Shown: in pieces, positions 23,028 to 24,477 of the stretch
Numbering within the stretch: position 1 is the stretch's first letter
How the letters are laid out: the number at the start of each line of letters is the position of its first letter
Assembly: GCA_039630345.1 (NCBI GenBank)
Contig: JBCNVD010000040.1
Coordinates: 1 to 24,477, forward strand
Direction: 5' to 3'
DNA: 24,477 bases
From: Aquificaceae bacterium
Lineage (GTDB): Bacteria; Aquificota; Aquificia; Aquificales; Aquificaceae
Notes under the pieces: generated by a model
What the model was told of the DNA's origin: nothing
The model's input: only the letters and a program-made list of their open reading frames with translations
The model's database searches: none
Translations under genes and position numbers: made by a program

Positions 23028-23214
23028 GTTTTTAATATTAGCAGGGGTTTTGCTAATTCTTGCAGGAATTTTATCTTACTTTTTAGAGCGCTGGAGACTG
23101 CCCGGTGATATTCTCATTCAGCGAAACAATCTAACTATTTATATCCCAATAGCAACATCTATTCTTCTCAGCATAGTTTTGACGATAGTTTTAAACCTAT
23201 TTTTAAGAAAATAA
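23020..23214 (+). CDS. DUF2905 family small membrane protein
   Basis: Two TM helices flanking RLPGDI...IYIPIATSILLS; ATG 23020 preferred over TTG 23017. Confidence 0.85.
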   Translation: MSKFLILAGVLLILAGILSYFLERWRLPGDILIQRNNLTIYIPIATSILLSIVLTIVLNLFLRK

Positions 23215-24060
23215 ATGCTAAAGAGTTTCGCAAAACTTACAAAACTGGAACACACAGTATTTGCCTTGCCATTTTTAATAGCCAGCATAGCAATTCTTTA
23301 CGGCTCTTTTCCTGAAATTTATAAAACAATAGTGCTCTTTCTGGCATTTATAAGTGCAAGACTTACAGGGATGGCTCTAAATAGACTTATAGACCTTGAG
23401 ATAGATAAGCTAAATCCGCGCATGCAAGCAGAAGTTCACGTAAGCGGAGAATTAAGCACCTCGCAGATAAAAGCCTTTACGAGCTCTATGATAGCCCTTT
23501 TTGTTCTCTCCTGCGCTTTTATAAATATCTACACACTTTTTCTCTCATGGATAGTTTTATTGGCTCTATTTTTATATCCTTATGCAAAAAGATACACCAG
23601 CTATCCACATTTTGCGCTTGGGGTTATCTACTTTCTTGTGCCACTGGCAGTGGAGCTCTCTCTTAAAGAACAGATCTCAATTGGGGGAATAGTTTTGGGA
23701 ATTACAATGGCAAGTTTCGTAAGCGGTTTTGACATACTTTATGCGCTTCTTGACAGAGATTTTGACCTTAAATATGGCATTGGCTCTATACCTGCAAAGT
23801 ATGGCGTAAAAAAAGCTCTCATAATATCAACTTACTTACATATACTTACGTTCATCTCTATGCTTTTTATGGTCTTTCTAATAGAAACTCTGGGAAGTAT
23901 ATACACTTTTGGAGTTTTTCTATCAGGGATGATAATGTTATATCAACACTCTATCGTTAAAGAAAACGACCTTAGCAGGCTAAATTTTGCATTTTTTAAT
24001 CTAAGCGGTATGGTTTCGATTGTTTATATGGTTTTTAGCCTAATCGATGTATGGCTTTAG
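23215..24060 (+). CDS. UbiA-family prenyltransferase (MqnP/4-hydroxybenzoate polyprenyltransferase-like)
   Basis: KLEHTVFALPF, NRLIDLEIDKLNPR, YPYAKR, GFDILYALLDRDFD, SIPAKYG, AFFNLSG. Confidence 0.9.
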   Translation: MLKSFAKLTKLEHTVFALPFLIASIAILYGSFPEIYKTIVLFLAFISARLTGMALNRLIDLEIDKLNPRMQAEVHVSGELSTSQIKAFTSSMIALFVLSCAFINIYTLFLSWIVLLALFLYPYAKRYTSYPHFALGVIYFLVPLAVELSLKEQISIGGIVLGITMASFVSGFDILYALLDRDFDLKYGIGSIPAKYGVKKALIISTYLHILTFISMLFMVFLIETLGSIYTFGVFLSGMIMLYQHSIVKENDLSRLNFAFFNLSGMVSIVYMVFSLIDVWL

Positions 24061-24476
24061 TCCATTATTTTGGAAAGTATCTCTTTAGGAATGTCAAAGT
24101 TTGCTATAACTTGCCTTACATCATCTAGTTCATCCAGCGCATCAAGGAGTTTAAGAATTTTCTTTGCGCTATCTTCGTCACTTATTTGAACCAAAGTAGT
24201 TGGTCTAAAAGTTAACTCTGATTTCTCAACAGGGACTGACTTTTCAAGAATGTCTTTTACGTTATAAAGTTCCCTGGGTGAAGTATAGATAAAAAAAGAG
24301 CCTTCAGCGCTTTCAAAATCCAGCGCTCCTGCTTCGATGGATAGTTCGTAGAGTTTATCCTCATCAATTGAGTTTTTGCTAACTTCTATGAGACCAACGC
24401 TCTCAAAGAGATAAGATACGCACCCTGCGGAGCCTAGGTTCCCGCCATGCTTGGTCAGGGCATGTCTTACTTCAGA
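24057..24476 (-). CDS. yebC: Partial (3' part): YebC/PmpR (TACO1) family protein
   Basis: Not in the ORF track. Minus strand reads SEVRHALTKHGGNLGSAGCVSYLFE...LLDALDELDDVRQVIANF...IMD-stop; runs off the window end. Confidence 0.93.
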   Translation of the reverse strand, partial: SEVRHALTKHGGNLGSAGCVSYLFESVGLIEVSKNSIDEDKLYELSIEAGALDFESAEGSFFIYTSPRELYNVKDILEKSVPVEKSELTFRPTTLVQISDEDSAKKILKLLDALDELDDVRQVIANFDIPKEILSKIMD

Positions 24477-24477
24477 G

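Noticed and set aside
1..24477. CRISPR arrays, IS elements, tRNAs, riboswitches, tandem repeats
   Set aside because: No repeats or transposase motifs seen; all intergenic gaps are under about 100 nt, and the largest is filled by the SRP RNA.

Overview
Gene-dense, mostly housekeeping window from a diderm bacterium. Gene content and protein style point to Aquificaceae (Aquifex/Hydrogenobacter/Thermocrinis-like); this is inferred, not database-checked. In order: the 3' end of a flavocytochrome-c sulfide dehydrogenase flavoprotein-like gene, a Tat-signal Rieske protein, phosphohexomutase, SPFH protein, leuB, a large exported hypothetical, MidA-type methyltransferase, HIT protein, lptB, RidA, dnaB, a minimal SRP (4.5S) RNA, UvrD/PcrA helicase, A-type Fe-S carrier, the minus-strand folP-cdaA-cdaR unit, an orphan SdhB/FrdB-type Fe-S subunit, SulP-STAS transporter, aspartate aminotransferase, a GltD/NfnB-like flavoprotein, a small membrane-anchored protein, GT9 heptosyltransferase, ftsW, a FabX-like enzyme, DUF2905, UbiA/MqnP prenyltransferase and partial yebC. 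No mobile element, CRISPR array, tRNA or rRNA was seen. Most notable: (1) pervasive apparently leaderless promoters, with -10 boxes 6-8 nt before start codons and several symmetric bidirectional ones, which also correct several ORF-track starts; (2) a sulfide-dehydrogenase flavoprotein coupled to an atypical Rieske protein; (3) two scattered candidate subunits of a soluble rTCA fumarate reductase; (4) a probable FabX unsaturated-fatty-acid enzyme; (5) SRP RNA abutting the helicase start. I see no clear evidence of a wholly new multi-gene system.
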